Positions 27,271 through 40,104 are shown, numbered from the stretch's first letter. The stretch: DNA of 64,000 nucleotides from Octopus sinensis (GCF_006345805.1 NW_021836156.1:27367-91366), one strand, 5' to 3'. Made by a program: numbers and translations. Notes: generated by a model not told the origin, from the letters alone.

Positions 27271-27375
27271 TTAATGATGATACTGGGGTGGGATGGATAA
27301 TCAGTAGTGGTGTGGATGCTGTGGCAAAATTGACACTGTCAATGACATGCGTTCGTATTACGATGATGGCATCGG

Positions 27376-27409
<34 letters not shown>

Positions 27410-27913
27410 TGATCATAATTATATGATCATGGTGGTGGTAGTGGTGGTGGTGGTGTACGTTGCAACATGCTTGTATGCTTGTATGTGTGTAAGCGAATGC
27501 ATGCGTAAGCGAATATGTCCGAGTGAGTTTATATATGCAACGGGAGGTGGGGTTTCGATTCGTTCCTCCGACACTAATGTCGGTTCCATTGGGCGTTAAT
27601 GACATCAATGGCGACGTTAAGGGCGGGGGAGCGGCGTGGCGTAGCGTTTGTGACGGTGGAAGGAATATTGCGGTGTTACAGGGGGTTGGCGAAGATGACA
27701 CTGACCAGCGATGAAGTTGACATTCACCCAACGCAGAACGGCAAGGCAACACCCACCCGCCCGTCCGTCCGTCCGTCCGTCCGTCCACCCGTCACTTTCA
27801 GCTCATTTCCCATGATGCATCACGTCATTAATCTTGAACAACCAGTAGGTTTTCTCGATGGCTAAATGACTGGTTGGTTGGACCATTGTCTATATCTCCA
27901 ATCAGACGGACTT

Positions 27914-27952
<39 letters not shown>

Positions 27953-28268
27953 ATACATACATACATATATACACATGTAAAGTTTTGCATGCCCTGTGTG
28001 TGTGTGTGTATATGCTTTTGTATGCATGAGCATATGTGCAATTGTTTGTATGCATGCAATTATACATATATTATGTACGTATTGCATGCTTAAGGATATC
28101 ATATATACATGCATGCCTATATATATATATGCATTGTACATCATTGGTCGCGCACACACACACGCACACGAACTCAGAAATATATATGTATGTATGTATG
28201 AATATATGAATATACATTATATACTAAGAGAGAGTTAATAGAAGAAACCTTGATATATATATATATAT

Positions 28269-28322
<54 letters not shown>

Positions 28323-28340
28323 GGATAGATAGATAGATAT

Positions 28341-28405
<65 letters not shown>

Positions 28406-29337
28406 GATAGATAGATAGATAGATAGACAGTTATAGATTGAGAAACGAAATATACATAAGACAGATATGAAGACCAACATCACGCATACACACACACTCG
28501 TACACACACATACACACACACTCTCTCTCACATGCGCGCACATATAAAGGGAGAGTTGGCGGGGAGAGAGAAATGTTCCTTCCCTATGAAGGGATTTTTT
28601 AAATCTCATCAAGGCCCTGCCCACAAGGATCCAATTGAAGATCCTGAAGGGCAGGACTAGATTAGTGCCGCAACTGGAGTTGGGAGGAGGGACAAAATGT
28701 TGACAAATAAAATAGATGAGGTGACAGATATAAGGGACACACCAACTTTTGTTTTATTTCATTTCTTTGTTGTTGTTGTTGTTGTTGTCATTGTCTTTCC
28801 TACTAAGGGCGGGGGTGGTGTTGTAAGGGTAGGAGGAAGGATTTATTTATTTATTATTACTTTTGTCTTGCCTTAAGGGGTTGGCGCTCTTCAATATTAT
28901 AAGGTCACACGGTGTCAGGTTGGGGGTTACGGAGTAGGGGATAAGGGTGGCTAATTAACAACAAACTCCTCTATACCTCCCGTCCTCCCTCTTGCTCTAT
29001 CTCTCCTTCTTTCTCTGAAAGGTGCGCACATACACACACATATACACAAACACACACACACACACCGCACGCCCATAAATACACATACACATACTTGCAT
29101 ACGCACAGATACATATACAGATGCATAGAAACTCACAGAAATATATACACACAAACTAATGCAGATAAGCATGCATAGATACATGCATACATAATTAGAG
29201 ATATATTTACATGCATGCATACACAAATATATACATAAACATAAATACATACAAACACACTCACAAGATCATATATGTATACATTTTTATTTTATTTAGT
29301 TTCAGCTCACAAGCTGTGGCCATCCTGGGGCACCGCC

Positions 29338-29368
<31 letters not shown>

Positions 29369-29369
29369 A

Positions 29370-29402
<33 letters not shown>

Positions 29403-29404
29403 CT

Positions 29405-29470
<66 letters not shown>

Positions 29471-29473
29471 AGG

Positions 29474-29561
<88 letters not shown>

Positions 29562-30611
29562 CACACAAATTCATAAAATCATACATTATGACACACGCAC
29601 ACATACACACGCACACACACCCGCATACACACAATCACATACTCGTACGATCATTTGTATAGAAATACATGCACAAAGATGTAAGCATGCACATCACCTC
29701 ATACACACACACATACTGATACTCATACAGTTATGTACATACATATACATTTACACATACAAACACGCACACACTCATACAGTCATTTACATAGAAATGC
29801 AAGCATACACACATACATACAAACGTACACACATATGCTTTTACACAGAGGTACTCGGATATAACGCGGAGTGGGCAGGGTAAGTGAAAGTGTCTTGTTT
29901 GATGTCTATTTACACTCTGAGTTTGATTGAGTACTTAGTTTCCATCCCTGATGGGGTGTCTACTTAATGACAGGGGTCAGGTTAGCAGTGACGACGGCGG
30001 CGGTGATAGTAGTAGTGGTTGTAGTGGTGGTGGAGGTGGTTGTAATGGTAGCGGTAGTAGTGGTGGTTGGTAGTGAAGCTGGTTGTTGCGATGATATTAG
30101 TGGTAGTGGTGGCGGTGATGGTGGTGGCGGTGGTAGTGGTGATGGCTGTTGCAATGATATTGGAGGTAATGGTGTGAATAACGGTGGTGATGGTAGTCTT
30201 TGTAATGGTATTGGAGCTGGCAGCGTTGATAGTGGTGGTGGTGATGGTAGTTGTAGTGGGGGTAGTGTTGTTGTTGGTGTTGTTGTTGGTGTTGTTGTTG
30301 GTGTTGTTGGTGGTGTTGGTGTTGGTGTTGTTGGTGTTGGTGGTGGTTATGGTAGTGACACTACAGCTGCAAAGGTTGTGATGGTGTTCGTTCGTAATAG
30401 TGGCGGCGGCGGTGATGGTTTTGTGGTAGTAGCGAGAAATGTGAAAGTGGTGGTAAGGATAACGCCAGTGGTATCATAGTGATAGTAGTAGCGGTTGTAG
30501 TAGAGCTAACAATGATAGTAGTATTGGCGGTGGAGGTGATAAAATACTGGTGTGCTTGTAGGTCTTGGTTGTAGTATAGGTAATTACTGTAATGGTGATG
30601 TTGGTATAGAT

Positions 30612-30964
30612 CAAGGGTCCTCAACCATTTTTTTACCTATGGACTCCTTTCATTTCTATTTTATTCTGGTAGACCCCAATAGCCATTCGATGTTTAAAAT
30701 CTAGTTTTATAGAAACTTCTTTCGAAATTCCTATTTTGCTTCTCATGCATTGATTTGTGTAAGGTTGAACCATGCAAAATGTTAGAGAGGGAAACCTTCT
30801 TGTTTCTTGTAATACATATATTTAAAGCAGAGGTTTTTGCGGGGTCATGTAAAATACTATTGTGGATCTCCAATTTACCATCTTGCTATGTGGACCACCG
30901 AAAACCTTATATGGTCCCCCGCTGAGGGTGGGGGGGCATATGAACCCCCGATTGAGAACCACTG
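30612..30964. mobile_element. hAT (Charlie-like) MITE
   Basis: Termini caagggtcctcaa / ttgagaaccactg; perfect 8-bp TSD gtatagat (30604-30611, 30965-30972). Confidence 0.85.
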
Positions 30965-31081
30965 GTATAGATGATAGTTGTGCTGTTGGTGGTAGTAGTC
31001 GTAATAATGTGCTTAAAATTATTTACTGGTGAAGCCCTTAGCTTTTGTTATAACATGTCTCTTTGAGATCATTCTCATGCT

Positions 31082-31248
31082 CAGGAGTGGCTGTGTAGTA
31101 AGTAGCTTGCCAACCAGCCACATGGTTCCGGGTTCAGTCCCACTGCGTGGCATCTTGGGCAAGTGTCTTCTGCTATAGCCCCGGGCCGACCAATGCCTTG
31201 TGAGTGGATTTGGTAGACGGAAGCTGAAAGAAGCCTGTCGTATATATG

Positions 31249-31281
<33 letters not shown>

Positions 31282-31595
31282 TTGTGTGTCTGTGTTAGTC
31301 CCCCTAGCATTGCTTGACAACCGATGCTGGTGTGTTTACGTCCCCGTCACTTATCGGTTCGGCAAAAGAGACCGATAAAATAAGTACTGGGCTTACAAAG
31401 AATAAGTCCCGGGGTCGATTCGCTCGACTAAAGGCGGTGCTCCAGCATGGCCGCAGTCAAATGACTGAAACCAGTAAATGACTAAAATAGTAAAGAGTAT
31501 AATTTCACGCACACACTCGCCTGCGCGCACACTCACATACATTCACACACACACACACATGACTGAAACAAGTAAAAGAGTAAGAGTAAAGAGTA
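31082..31595 (+). mobile_element. SINE family A with an extra 3' segment and a second tail
   Basis: Body shares diagnostic positions with 11708 (ctgctatagccccgggccgaccaatgcc); 31480-31542 matches 14964-15026; second tail at 31559-31595. Confidence 0.85.
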
Positions 31596-32368
31596 TAACG
31601 TGGTAGCAAAGAGAAATCATCATCTCCTTCGAAATAGTTACCCTGTGTAGTAATAGTAACATACTGGTTCCAGTGTTCTTGAACACTTTTGGAATTTTCT
31701 CATTTTTGCCATTTCTCTGCCGTTTTCTAATTTTAAACCCATCAGAGGAAGATTTGGACTACTAGGTCTATTAACATTGTTCAACAAATTTCAGGGTCAA
31801 GAAAAAACATAGTCCTCGTGTACATTTTTTTCTATGAAATGAATTCTGCTAAATTCGAAAAATTTCCCATCACGTCACATTTTCTTGTAAATTACCGATT
31901 TAATAACTATGCAATTTATACCAATTTCCACGATACCATAAATTTATTTTGCTCCCAAAGTCAGAATAAATATGTACATTGTAATTAATTCATAAATATA
32001 TAATGAATCGGCATGTTTGTGAGCGTTATATAGGGTATTAGCCTACTTTTAGTGTTTGCTTCTTCACTTATAAGACGTCTCAGGTGTGTCACGCTTCAGG
32101 TTCCAGTAGAAGTCAGCCAGCATAGGCATTTCCCCTTATACCTGTTTTCCGTTGACGCTATATCTTGATGGAACCATTTTCCATGTTCATCACTCACATC
32201 TCCTGCATTCTCTGGGAAGAAGAACTGATGAGAAGGAAGAAAGTGCATCTTCAGTGACATATTGCATCCGAGATCCTGGTAGCTCTTGATTAGGCTCTCC
32301 ACTATATTCTCTGGGCCATTTGGTGCTTTCTCAGATGTCCTTTGCATACACTTTTCGAAGTGCTCATC

Positions 32369-32510
32369 TTCAAGTAATGCCTCAAGGAGCTTATCATCAA
32401 ACTCAACTGAACGTCCTGTTCGATCTTCATTTTAAGGCTGAAATTTCCACTTCTGAATTTTGCAAACCTCTTCTGCAAGTTCTTTCATTCAAGCATTATT
32501 TCCCATAAAC
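32369..32510 (-). mobile_element. Internal mariner transposase fragment inserted in the Chapaev-like ORF
   Basis: Reverse complement resembles 36918-37048; flanked by 18-bp duplication cttttcgaagtgctcatc / cttttcgaagtcctcatc. Confidence 0.75.
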
Positions 32511-33546
32511 CTTTTCGAAGTCCTCATCAGGTATAAGTTAACGAATCTGAGGGCTTACGCATATGCCCCCTTTAATCTTAGCATCACTTATTTTAGGGAA
32601 GATTGACTTGAGGTACTGGAAACAGCTTGTTATGTTGCAGTGCTTTGGTAAATTGCTTCATTAGGCCTAGTTTCATATGTAGTGATGGCAAAATGACTTT
32701 CTCTTTCTTAACTAGTGGCTCATGATTTACATTATAACATTCAGGAATCATAGTTTTCCGAAGTGGCCATTCTGAGCGCACATAATCTTCTAATCTGGGT
32801 TTACTGTCCCATTTGCAAAGGAAGCTCATAAACTTGGTGTATCCAGTTTGTAGCCCATTAAGTGGGGCTATTATTTTCAAGTCCACACAAATTAGCCACT
32901 CATGCCCCGTATAACTTATGCGGTCTAGAATAAAAGCGAGGTTCTTATATGTCTCTCTTAAAATGACTGAGTAAGCAATTAGCACTAAAGGCATGGTGTT
33001 CTCAATGTGGAGCAGAACCGTTTTTATGCTGTAAAGGGATGCAACTATGAATAACCTTCCCTCATTTGGATCATAGGTCAGCTCAAGGGCCTTAAATAGG
33101 TCCCTGATATCACTACAATAAGTAAAGTTGTTTTCCAAAGGGAAAAATTGCTGTAGATCTGCAGAACGCTTCCTAAACACAGTAATTCGAGCATCGTTAT
33201 CCAACAGGTTCCAATGTTGCAGACGTGAGTTTAGGACTTCACTCGGTTGCTTAGTAAGTGTTAGATCACGTACTAAATCATTGAGTTCAGGTTGGGTGAT
33301 GAAGTGTAGCTTTTTTGTCAGATTTACCACGAATTTGGACCCATCTAACTATAAAAATATTGAGTGTACTTTTATAATTTTCATAGGTTAAGTTGACAAG
33401 TACCTTAGGAACACCTGTATTAAAATTATATAACAATCCTATCATAACTTTTAGAGTTGTCAGTTTCGACCCAACCCTCTTTGCACTCAATTCCTACTGA
33501 ACCATGAGTGTATTTAACGTAAGATGGTAATTTACTAGAAAATGGA

Positions 33547-33930
33547 TGGAAGCACTCCGTCGATTACGACGGCAAGGGTTCCGGTTGATCCGATCAACGG
33601 AACAGCCTGCTCGTGAAATTAACGTGTAAGTGGCAGAGCACTCCACAGACACGTGTACCCTTAACGTAGTTCTCGGGGATATTCAGCGTGACACAGAGAG
33701 TGACAAGGCCGGCCCTTTGAAATACAGGTACAACAGAAACAGGAAGTAAGAGTGAGAGAAAGTTGTGGTGAAAGAGTACAGCAGAGATCACCACCATCCC
33801 CTGCCGGAGCCTCGTGGAGCTTTTAGGTGTTTTCGCTCAATAAACACTCACAACGCCCGGTCTGGGAATCGAAACCGTTATCCTACGACCGCGAGTTCGC
33901 TGCCCTAACCACTGGGCCATTGCGCCTCCC
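33547..33930 (-). mobile_element. SINE family D, full length
   Basis: Near-identical to 59909 and 61961; TSD tactagaaaat. Confidence 0.9.
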
Positions 33931-34320
33931 CCTACTAGAAAATAGAGGATCACAGAAAGAAACGGATGTTAAATTCGTGATCTACACACACGATGCCTCT
34001 AGAAAATGTTATTCTCATTTCCGTTTTTTTTTGTTTTCATTGTTATACAGTGTGATTCTTACTCTTTTACTTGTTTCAGTCATTTGACTGCGGCCATGCT
34101 GGAGCACCGTATTATAGAGCTTTCATCGAACGATCGACCTCAGGACTCATGTTTTTAAAACCTATTACTTACTCTATCGATTCTTTTGCCGGACCGTCAA
34201 GTTACGGGGACGTATACACAACAGCACCGGTTATCAAGTGGTGATGACGGGTGGACAAACAGAGACACAAAGCCACACGCACGCACACACACACACACAC
34301 ACATTTACACACATAAATTT

Positions 34321-35010
34321 ATATGTGAGGATATTATTTTTTATGATAATACCAGTGGCTTAGTATGTGTAAAAACACAACGGTAAAAAATATCAATTAA
34401 TAATTAAGGGTACAAGCAAGCAGTACTGGTATGCTAAACATAGCAGTCAAATGACCAAAACGCCAATTTTCATTTAAACTTCGCCATTGGTACGGGGTGT
34501 GGTTTTTTTTATTCATTTGCCCGCTTTCACCTTTGTGTTTACGTGAAAATTTCTGTTTTGGTCATTTTCACTGCTATGTTTAGCATGCCGGTACTGCTTG
34601 TTAGTACCCTTAATTATTAATTGATATTTTTTTTTTACCGTTATGGGTTTTTTTACGCATGCTACGCCACTGATATTATTATAAACAACGATATCCTCAT
34701 ATATTTAAATAATTTTTATTCACCTCGATCACCTTTTAAAAATTTACTGCGGTATTAAAAACGGGCATCGTATAAATTGGTGAGATGAATACTCTCCATA
34801 ACCCTGGGGTTAGTAAGACTCGCTGAAGATGCACGAAGGATTTTTCTCAAAGTTGAAATCACGGTGAAATGGGTATGTCTGGCCTTTTCAATTTCCTATT
34901 ATTTCCGTCATTTGTACGGGGTTTGGGGAGTGAAAATTTGTGGTTTGGCCATTTTGACTGCTATATTTAGCATGCCGGTACTGTTTGTTTAGTAACCTTA
35001 ATTATTAATA
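34321..35010. mobile_element. Penelope-like non-autonomous element: inverted plus direct repeat with a hammerhead remnant
   Basis: 34321-34470 is the reverse complement of about 34545-34703; 34930-35009 directly repeats 34543-34621; hammerhead-like motif in between. Confidence 0.7.
34818..34874 (+). ncRNA. Degenerate type I hammerhead motif
   Basis: actcg CTGAAGA ... GAAA tcac g gtga AA tgggt; UH replaced by AA, stem II poor. Confidence 0.45.
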
Positions 35011-35023
35011 TTGCTTCGGTAGT

Positions 35024-35063
<40 letters not shown>

Positions 35064-35113
35064 GGCCCCTATGCAAGGATGACACGCAAATTCGCGAAGC
35101 GTTCCATATTTTT
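35011..35113 (+). ncRNA. U6: U6 snRNA copy (probable retrocopy) fused to a SINE/LINE tail
   Basis: ttgcttcggtagtacatatactaaaattggaacgatACAGAGAagattagcatggcccct...gatgacacgcaaattcgcgaagcgttccatattttt; followed at 35119-35173 by the family A tail. Confidence 0.93.
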
Positions 35114-35471
35114 AACTTAAAGGCGGTGCTCCAGTATGGCCACAGTCAAATGACTGAAACAAGTAAAAGAGTATATATATATATATAAATATAAGACGAG
35201 CTTCTTTCAGTTTCCGTATACCAAATATACCCACAAGGTTTTGGTCGGCGCAAAGCTATAGTAGAAGATACTTCTCCAAAGTGTCACGCAGTGGGAGTGA
35301 GCCCAGAACCATGTGATTTGGAACCAAACTGTTACCATACAGCCACGACTGCGCCTAGTAAAATCTTTTTGGTCGGCGTGCTAGCGACTCTACCAGATCA
35401 AAGTTTTCGAGCTCTTTCTACTTCGTATAGTGAGCCCTGGAAGTATTTGTATATCCAAATCTCTGTCTAAT

Positions 35472-35690
35472 TCTTTTCTACTCTAGGCACAAGGCCCGAA
35501 ATTTTTGGGTGGAAGGAGCGGCTAGTCGATTAGATCGACCACAGTACGCAACTGGTATTTGATTTATCGACCCCAAAAGGATGATAGGCAAAGTGAACCT
35601 CGGTGGATTTGAACTCAGAACGTAACGACAGACGAAATACTGCTAAGCATTTCGCCCAGCATGCTAACATACGTGCTAGCTCGCTGCCTT
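35472..35690 (-). mobile_element. SINE family C variant (tail ending ...gtgcctagagtagaaaagaa)
   Basis: Family C head and body with an alternative 3' end, as at 49228 and 54333. Confidence 0.8.
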
Positions 35691-36638
35691 CGACTCTCTG
35701 CCTAATTACATATATATGGACACACACACACACACACACACAAAGAAAAGAAAAAGATTAGCAATATTAGCACTGAAGTAGGCTAAACACAGCAAGGTGG
35801 TGCCTCAGCCTGGCCGCAGCCCAATGGCTATAACGAGTAAAAGATATGTGTGTGTGTGTGAAAATGTATGTATTTATGTATGCGTGTGTCTGTGTATACA
35901 TATATATATCTCACTCTTTCCGGTCTCAACATTGGTGATTACTCTCTCTGTCGCTTTCTCTCTGTCGGTCTCTCTCTCTCTCTCACTCTCTCTCTCTCTC
36001 ACACACACATGCATACGAATCCGCACACACTACTTCTACCACTTTTCTCTTTCAGACTAATATTAATCAATAAATGGGTATTAATTGCCATCAACACTCT
36101 TCAGTAAGGTCAAAAATCCCTGTATTTGACCTTTCACTGACATCCAACCATACGGCGCTAAGGGAACGCGGTTTCAAATTCCATCCAGCTCACCTTCAAC
36201 GAAAAGTAATTTATTTTAATTTATGATATTCATTACTATAAAAATGTGTCTGTGCACATCTGTATGTGAGCGTACGTGTGTGTGTGTGTGTGGTGTGTGT
36301 GTGTGTGTGTGCGTGTGTATGAGTAGGCGTGTGTGTGTGTTTGTGTTTGTGTGTGCGTGTATTTATATGTGTTAGTATATGAGTATTTATATATCTTGAG
36401 CTCTGAAGACCGGTTTCTGAGATTCCGTGGCGTATGGACGTGACGCCAGTGCTTTGCAAGGTTATTCATTTGTCCTAACTGCGTGGGCTGGGGCAATGTA
36501 AATAAAATGCTTTGCTCGTGAACACAAGGTATCGCCCGGTCCAGGAAGCGAAACTACAATCTTACAATCCACATATGAGTACTTAATGCTTGTACACAAA
36601 TGTTTATTCCTGGGTATGTGTGTATTCATATTCATATA

Positions 36639-37916
36639 TCAGGTCATCCCATAAGTTCTGTCCGATTTTACCTTTTTTTTAAAATTAAATGAAATTTAAT
36701 AGTATTTTAGAACGTCTAATGGAATTAAAAATTATTTTTATGCATTTATGTGCATTTAAATTAACTAAATATTATTTTACAGAATAATAGAATTAAAATT
36801 TCTTTGATTAAAGCCCTTTCAAACATGGAAGTAGCCAAAGAGAATTTGAGGCACATAATGCTTTAGGAGTACAAAAAAGGAAACTTTGCAGCTAAAGCGA
36901 CTCGAAATATACACTCAGTTTATGGGAAAGAATGCTTGAATGAAAGAACTTTGCAAAATTCAGAAGAGGAGATTTCAGCCTTGAAGATGAAGATCGAACA
37001 GAACGTCCAGTAGAGTTTGATGATAAGATCCTTGAGGCATTACTTGAAGAAAATCCTGCATTTTCAGTTGAAGAATTGGCAATAAAGCTTAGTTCAAACC
37101 ATACAACTATTCATCGTCATCTTCAACAACTTGGAAAGGTTCCTAAACTTGGAAAATGGGTGCCTCAAGAAACGTCCAAAAGCAACCGCAAATCCCGAGT
37201 TGACATCTGCTTTTCTCTCCATTCTTGCGAACTCATTTCACCCTTTTTGGATAGACTTGTGACTGGTGATGAAAAATGGATCTTCTATGGAAATGCTAAA
37301 CGTCGTAAACAATGGTTTGGTAAAAGGGCAAAAGCTCAACCACAACTGAGAAGGGAACTTCATGAAAAAAAAGGTTCTTCTCTCTATCTGGTGAGATTGC
37401 AAAGGAGTAATTCACTTTGAATTGTTACCACCCAATGCAACAATCAATGCTCAAGTCTACTGTCAGCAATTAGAGCGTTTGAACCAAGCTTTGAAGCAAA
37501 AACGACACGCTTTAGTGAATCGAAAAGGAGTGATGTTTCATCAGGACAATGCGCGACGCCACACAGCAAAGATCACATCATAGAAGATCGAAGAGTTTGG
37601 TGGGGAAAAAATTCCTCATTCACCTTATTCTCTCGACTTTGCTCCTTCAGACTACCAATTGTTTCGTAGTTTACATAATCATATGAGGGACATAATTTTC
37701 GCAAGCCAGGAGGAGGTTGAAACTGACATTTCAGAGTTCTTCATTTTGGAACCAAAAGAGTTTTACATTGATGGGATTAAAAAGCTTGTAAATAGATGGA
37801 AGGAAGTCAAAGATAATCAGGGAAAGTACATTTATGATTAAATTTCAATTAAATATAACATTTGCTCACTTGTTTTCTTTATTCAAAATGCGGACAGAAC
37901 TTATGGGATGACCTGA
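36639..37916 (+). mobile_element. Full-length inactive mariner (DD34D) transposon
   Basis: TIRs tcaggtcatcccataagttctgtccg / cggacagaacttatgggatgacctga with TA flanks; about 1.28 kb. Confidence 0.95.
36825..37841 (+). pseudogene. Mariner transposase pseudogene
   Basis: ATG 36825, TAA 37841; motifs WVPQE, TGDEKW, FHQDNA, PYSLDFAPSDY with 34-residue D-D spacing; stops and frameshifts. Confidence 0.9.
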
Positions 37917-37918
37917 TA

Positions 37919-37982
<64 letters not shown>

Positions 37983-38018
37983 TAATATATATTACACCAC
38001 ACACACACACACACATAT

Positions 38019-38049
<31 letters not shown>

Positions 38050-38059
38050 TCAAACTCCA

Positions 38060-38101
38060 TCGGCCGAAGATTAGCGTCACGCTTGAAACTCAGAGTACCA
38101 A
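38060..38101 (+). ncRNA. Minimal type I hammerhead motif (CCGAAGA core variant)
   Basis: tcgg CCGAAGA tt agcg tca cgct t GAAA ctc a gag TA ccaa; stem I weak. Confidence 0.6.
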
Positions 38102-38209
38102 AGATTTTGAATCAAACTGTTTTCATCCATACATGTAACTCCCAATAGATGTGCTGAGTACCCTTCTTTTATTTGTCTACTCACTCCTATATATATATAT
38201 ATATATATA

Positions 38210-38722
38210 AAGTAAGTACAAATATATATATATAAAGTAAGTACAAAGTAAGATAGGGGTTATGGGTGTAACCCACTATGGGATATCATTTATCCAATAT
38301 ACTGATGGTAAAATACCCAAATTAATAATACATAAATGTTTTTAATTGCAATGCAATTAAGTCATTTATATTATTAAATGGGAGAAGGTAAAGAAATATT
38401 TTTACCGTAAATTTATAATACAAATAAGAAAATGGAGAAACAAATTTGGTTTATGTTGACATCTACAGGCAATGAAAATTAAGATTTATTTTTGACCATA
38501 GGCTGAAACAGCTGTAAGAAGAAATTTTTAGGATTTCATTAATTTATACTATGACTTTTAAAATCTGTATTTGTATTATTATATTTTCTATTGATTTATA
38601 TAATATTTTTGTATGCTTTTGATGTTCTCATTTGTAAAATGAATAAATAATCCAACATTCTAATATCCGTAAGTTGATGAACAAACCAAATTTGTTTCTT
38701 CATTTTCTTATTTGTATTATAT
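38210..38722. mobile_element. Penelope-like inverted-repeat element with a half hammerhead
   Basis: 38414-38452 inverted at 38683-38722; GAAAcagctgTAag at 38505-38518 as in the 19606 motif, but no upstream CUGANGA. Confidence 0.55.
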
Positions 38723-38812
38723 ATTATATATATATGAGCCTTTAATCTCTACAATTTTTCGCTCAGTTTCTTCTTCATTCTCCCCTCGTTTTATTTTATT
38801 TTATTATTTATC

Positions 38813-38848
38813 CTTTCTGTCGAAGAGCGTAGGCTCGAAATGTAAAAG
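38813..38848 (+). ncRNA. Degenerate minimal hammerhead motif
   Basis: cttt CTGTCGA a gagc gtag gctc GAAA tg TA aaag; stems I and II perfect, core position A6 altered. Confidence 0.5.
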
Positions 38849-38934
38849 ACCTTTCATTCTTCCCGAGCGTTATACTAATATACCTGCTTGTTATTCCTAC
38901 ATCTGTCTTCATCATATGTTTTACTAAATATTTG

Positions 38935-39041
<107 letters not shown>

Positions 39042-39636
39042 CATACTTGTTGATAATGTATTGAGTAGCGAACAGGTCATTGCTCATTTTTTTAAACTCT
39101 GGCTACCTGATGAGTTGGAAGTTATGTAACGTGTTAACAATCTAACTAATTGTAACATATTTACGTCAAAAATAAAATGTCCTAATGAAACAATCCTAGC
39201 AATACCATTCGTCCTATTTTAATATATATGTGGGCGTGTGTGTATTTTTAAATAATTTTGTTATATATTTAAATAATATAAATTAAATAATCTTATGTAT
39301 TGGCTTAAGTTTTTCATTGTATGATTTGCCTAATAGTGGTTTTGTCCTCTATTTAATATAATATGTATATGTATATATATATATATATACATATATACAT
39401 ATATACATACATATATATTCATATATATATATATATAAATATATAACATATATATATATATTTATGTATATAGATATATGTATGAATGTGTGTGTATATA
39501 TATGTGTGTGTATATTAAATATATATTATACAAGTTTATTGTACATATATCTATATCTATATCTATCTATATATATATGTATATGTTTATATATTTATAT
39601 ATATATATACGTGTACACACACACACACACATATAT

Positions 39637-39719
<83 letters not shown>

Positions 39720-40046
39720 TTATATATATATATATATAATTATATATATATATATATAGTTTTACAAACTCACTAATACATCAATTATTTTGCTAGTCCG
39801 ATATTTCATAGCTATATCGAAAGTACTGTTTTGTGTAAAGCGATTAACAAGACGTCTCGAAAACAGAATCACTTACAAACCAATAATTACAGATGGAATT
39901 GCGTGTGTGTGTGTGTGTGTGTGTCGTGTGTGTGTGTGTGTCTGTGTGTGTGTGTGTGTGTTTGTGTGGCGTATGTGCTTAAGAATATGTATGTGTGAAT
40001 GTAGAATAGATTACTGGTTATATACTGCCAAATAAAAATGAGTGTT

Positions 40047-40097
<51 letters not shown>

Positions 40098-40104
40098 TGT
40101 GTGT

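Larger units (their letters stand above)
31775..34052 (-). mobile_element. Decayed Chapaev3-like (CMC superfamily) DNA transposon
   Basis: ORFs 32593-33330 and 32096-32347 carry QPELNDLVRDL, GYTKFMSFLCKWDS, LHMKLGLMKQF and MSLKMHFLPSH..FFPENAGDVSDEHG.WFHQDI; right end cagtg (CACTG on minus), left end cattgttcaacaa approximate; family assignment from motif recall. Confidence 0.7.
34057..35356 (-). mobile_element. SINE family A split into a 3' half (34057-34310) and a 5' half (35194-35356) by nested insertions
   Basis: Both halves are colinear on the minus strand; the break falls at the internal microsatellite. Confidence 0.7.

Noticed and set aside
26799-27599. 266-aa Gly/Ser-rich ORF
   Set aside because: Product of a (GGT/AGT)n tract; the overlapping frame gives poly-Val.
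32505-32535. Minus-strand CTGATGA...GAAA hammerhead candidate
   Set aside because: Lies in the transposase reading frame (PDEDFEK); stems I and III do not form.
35011-35113. Functional U6 gene
   Set aside because: First nucleotides missing, substitutions present, no recognisable upstream PSE/TATA promoter, and fused to a retroposon tail.
36095-36140. Minus-strand GAAA-stem-TT-CTGAAGA as a type II hammerhead
   Set aside because: Only one nucleotide where stem I should be.
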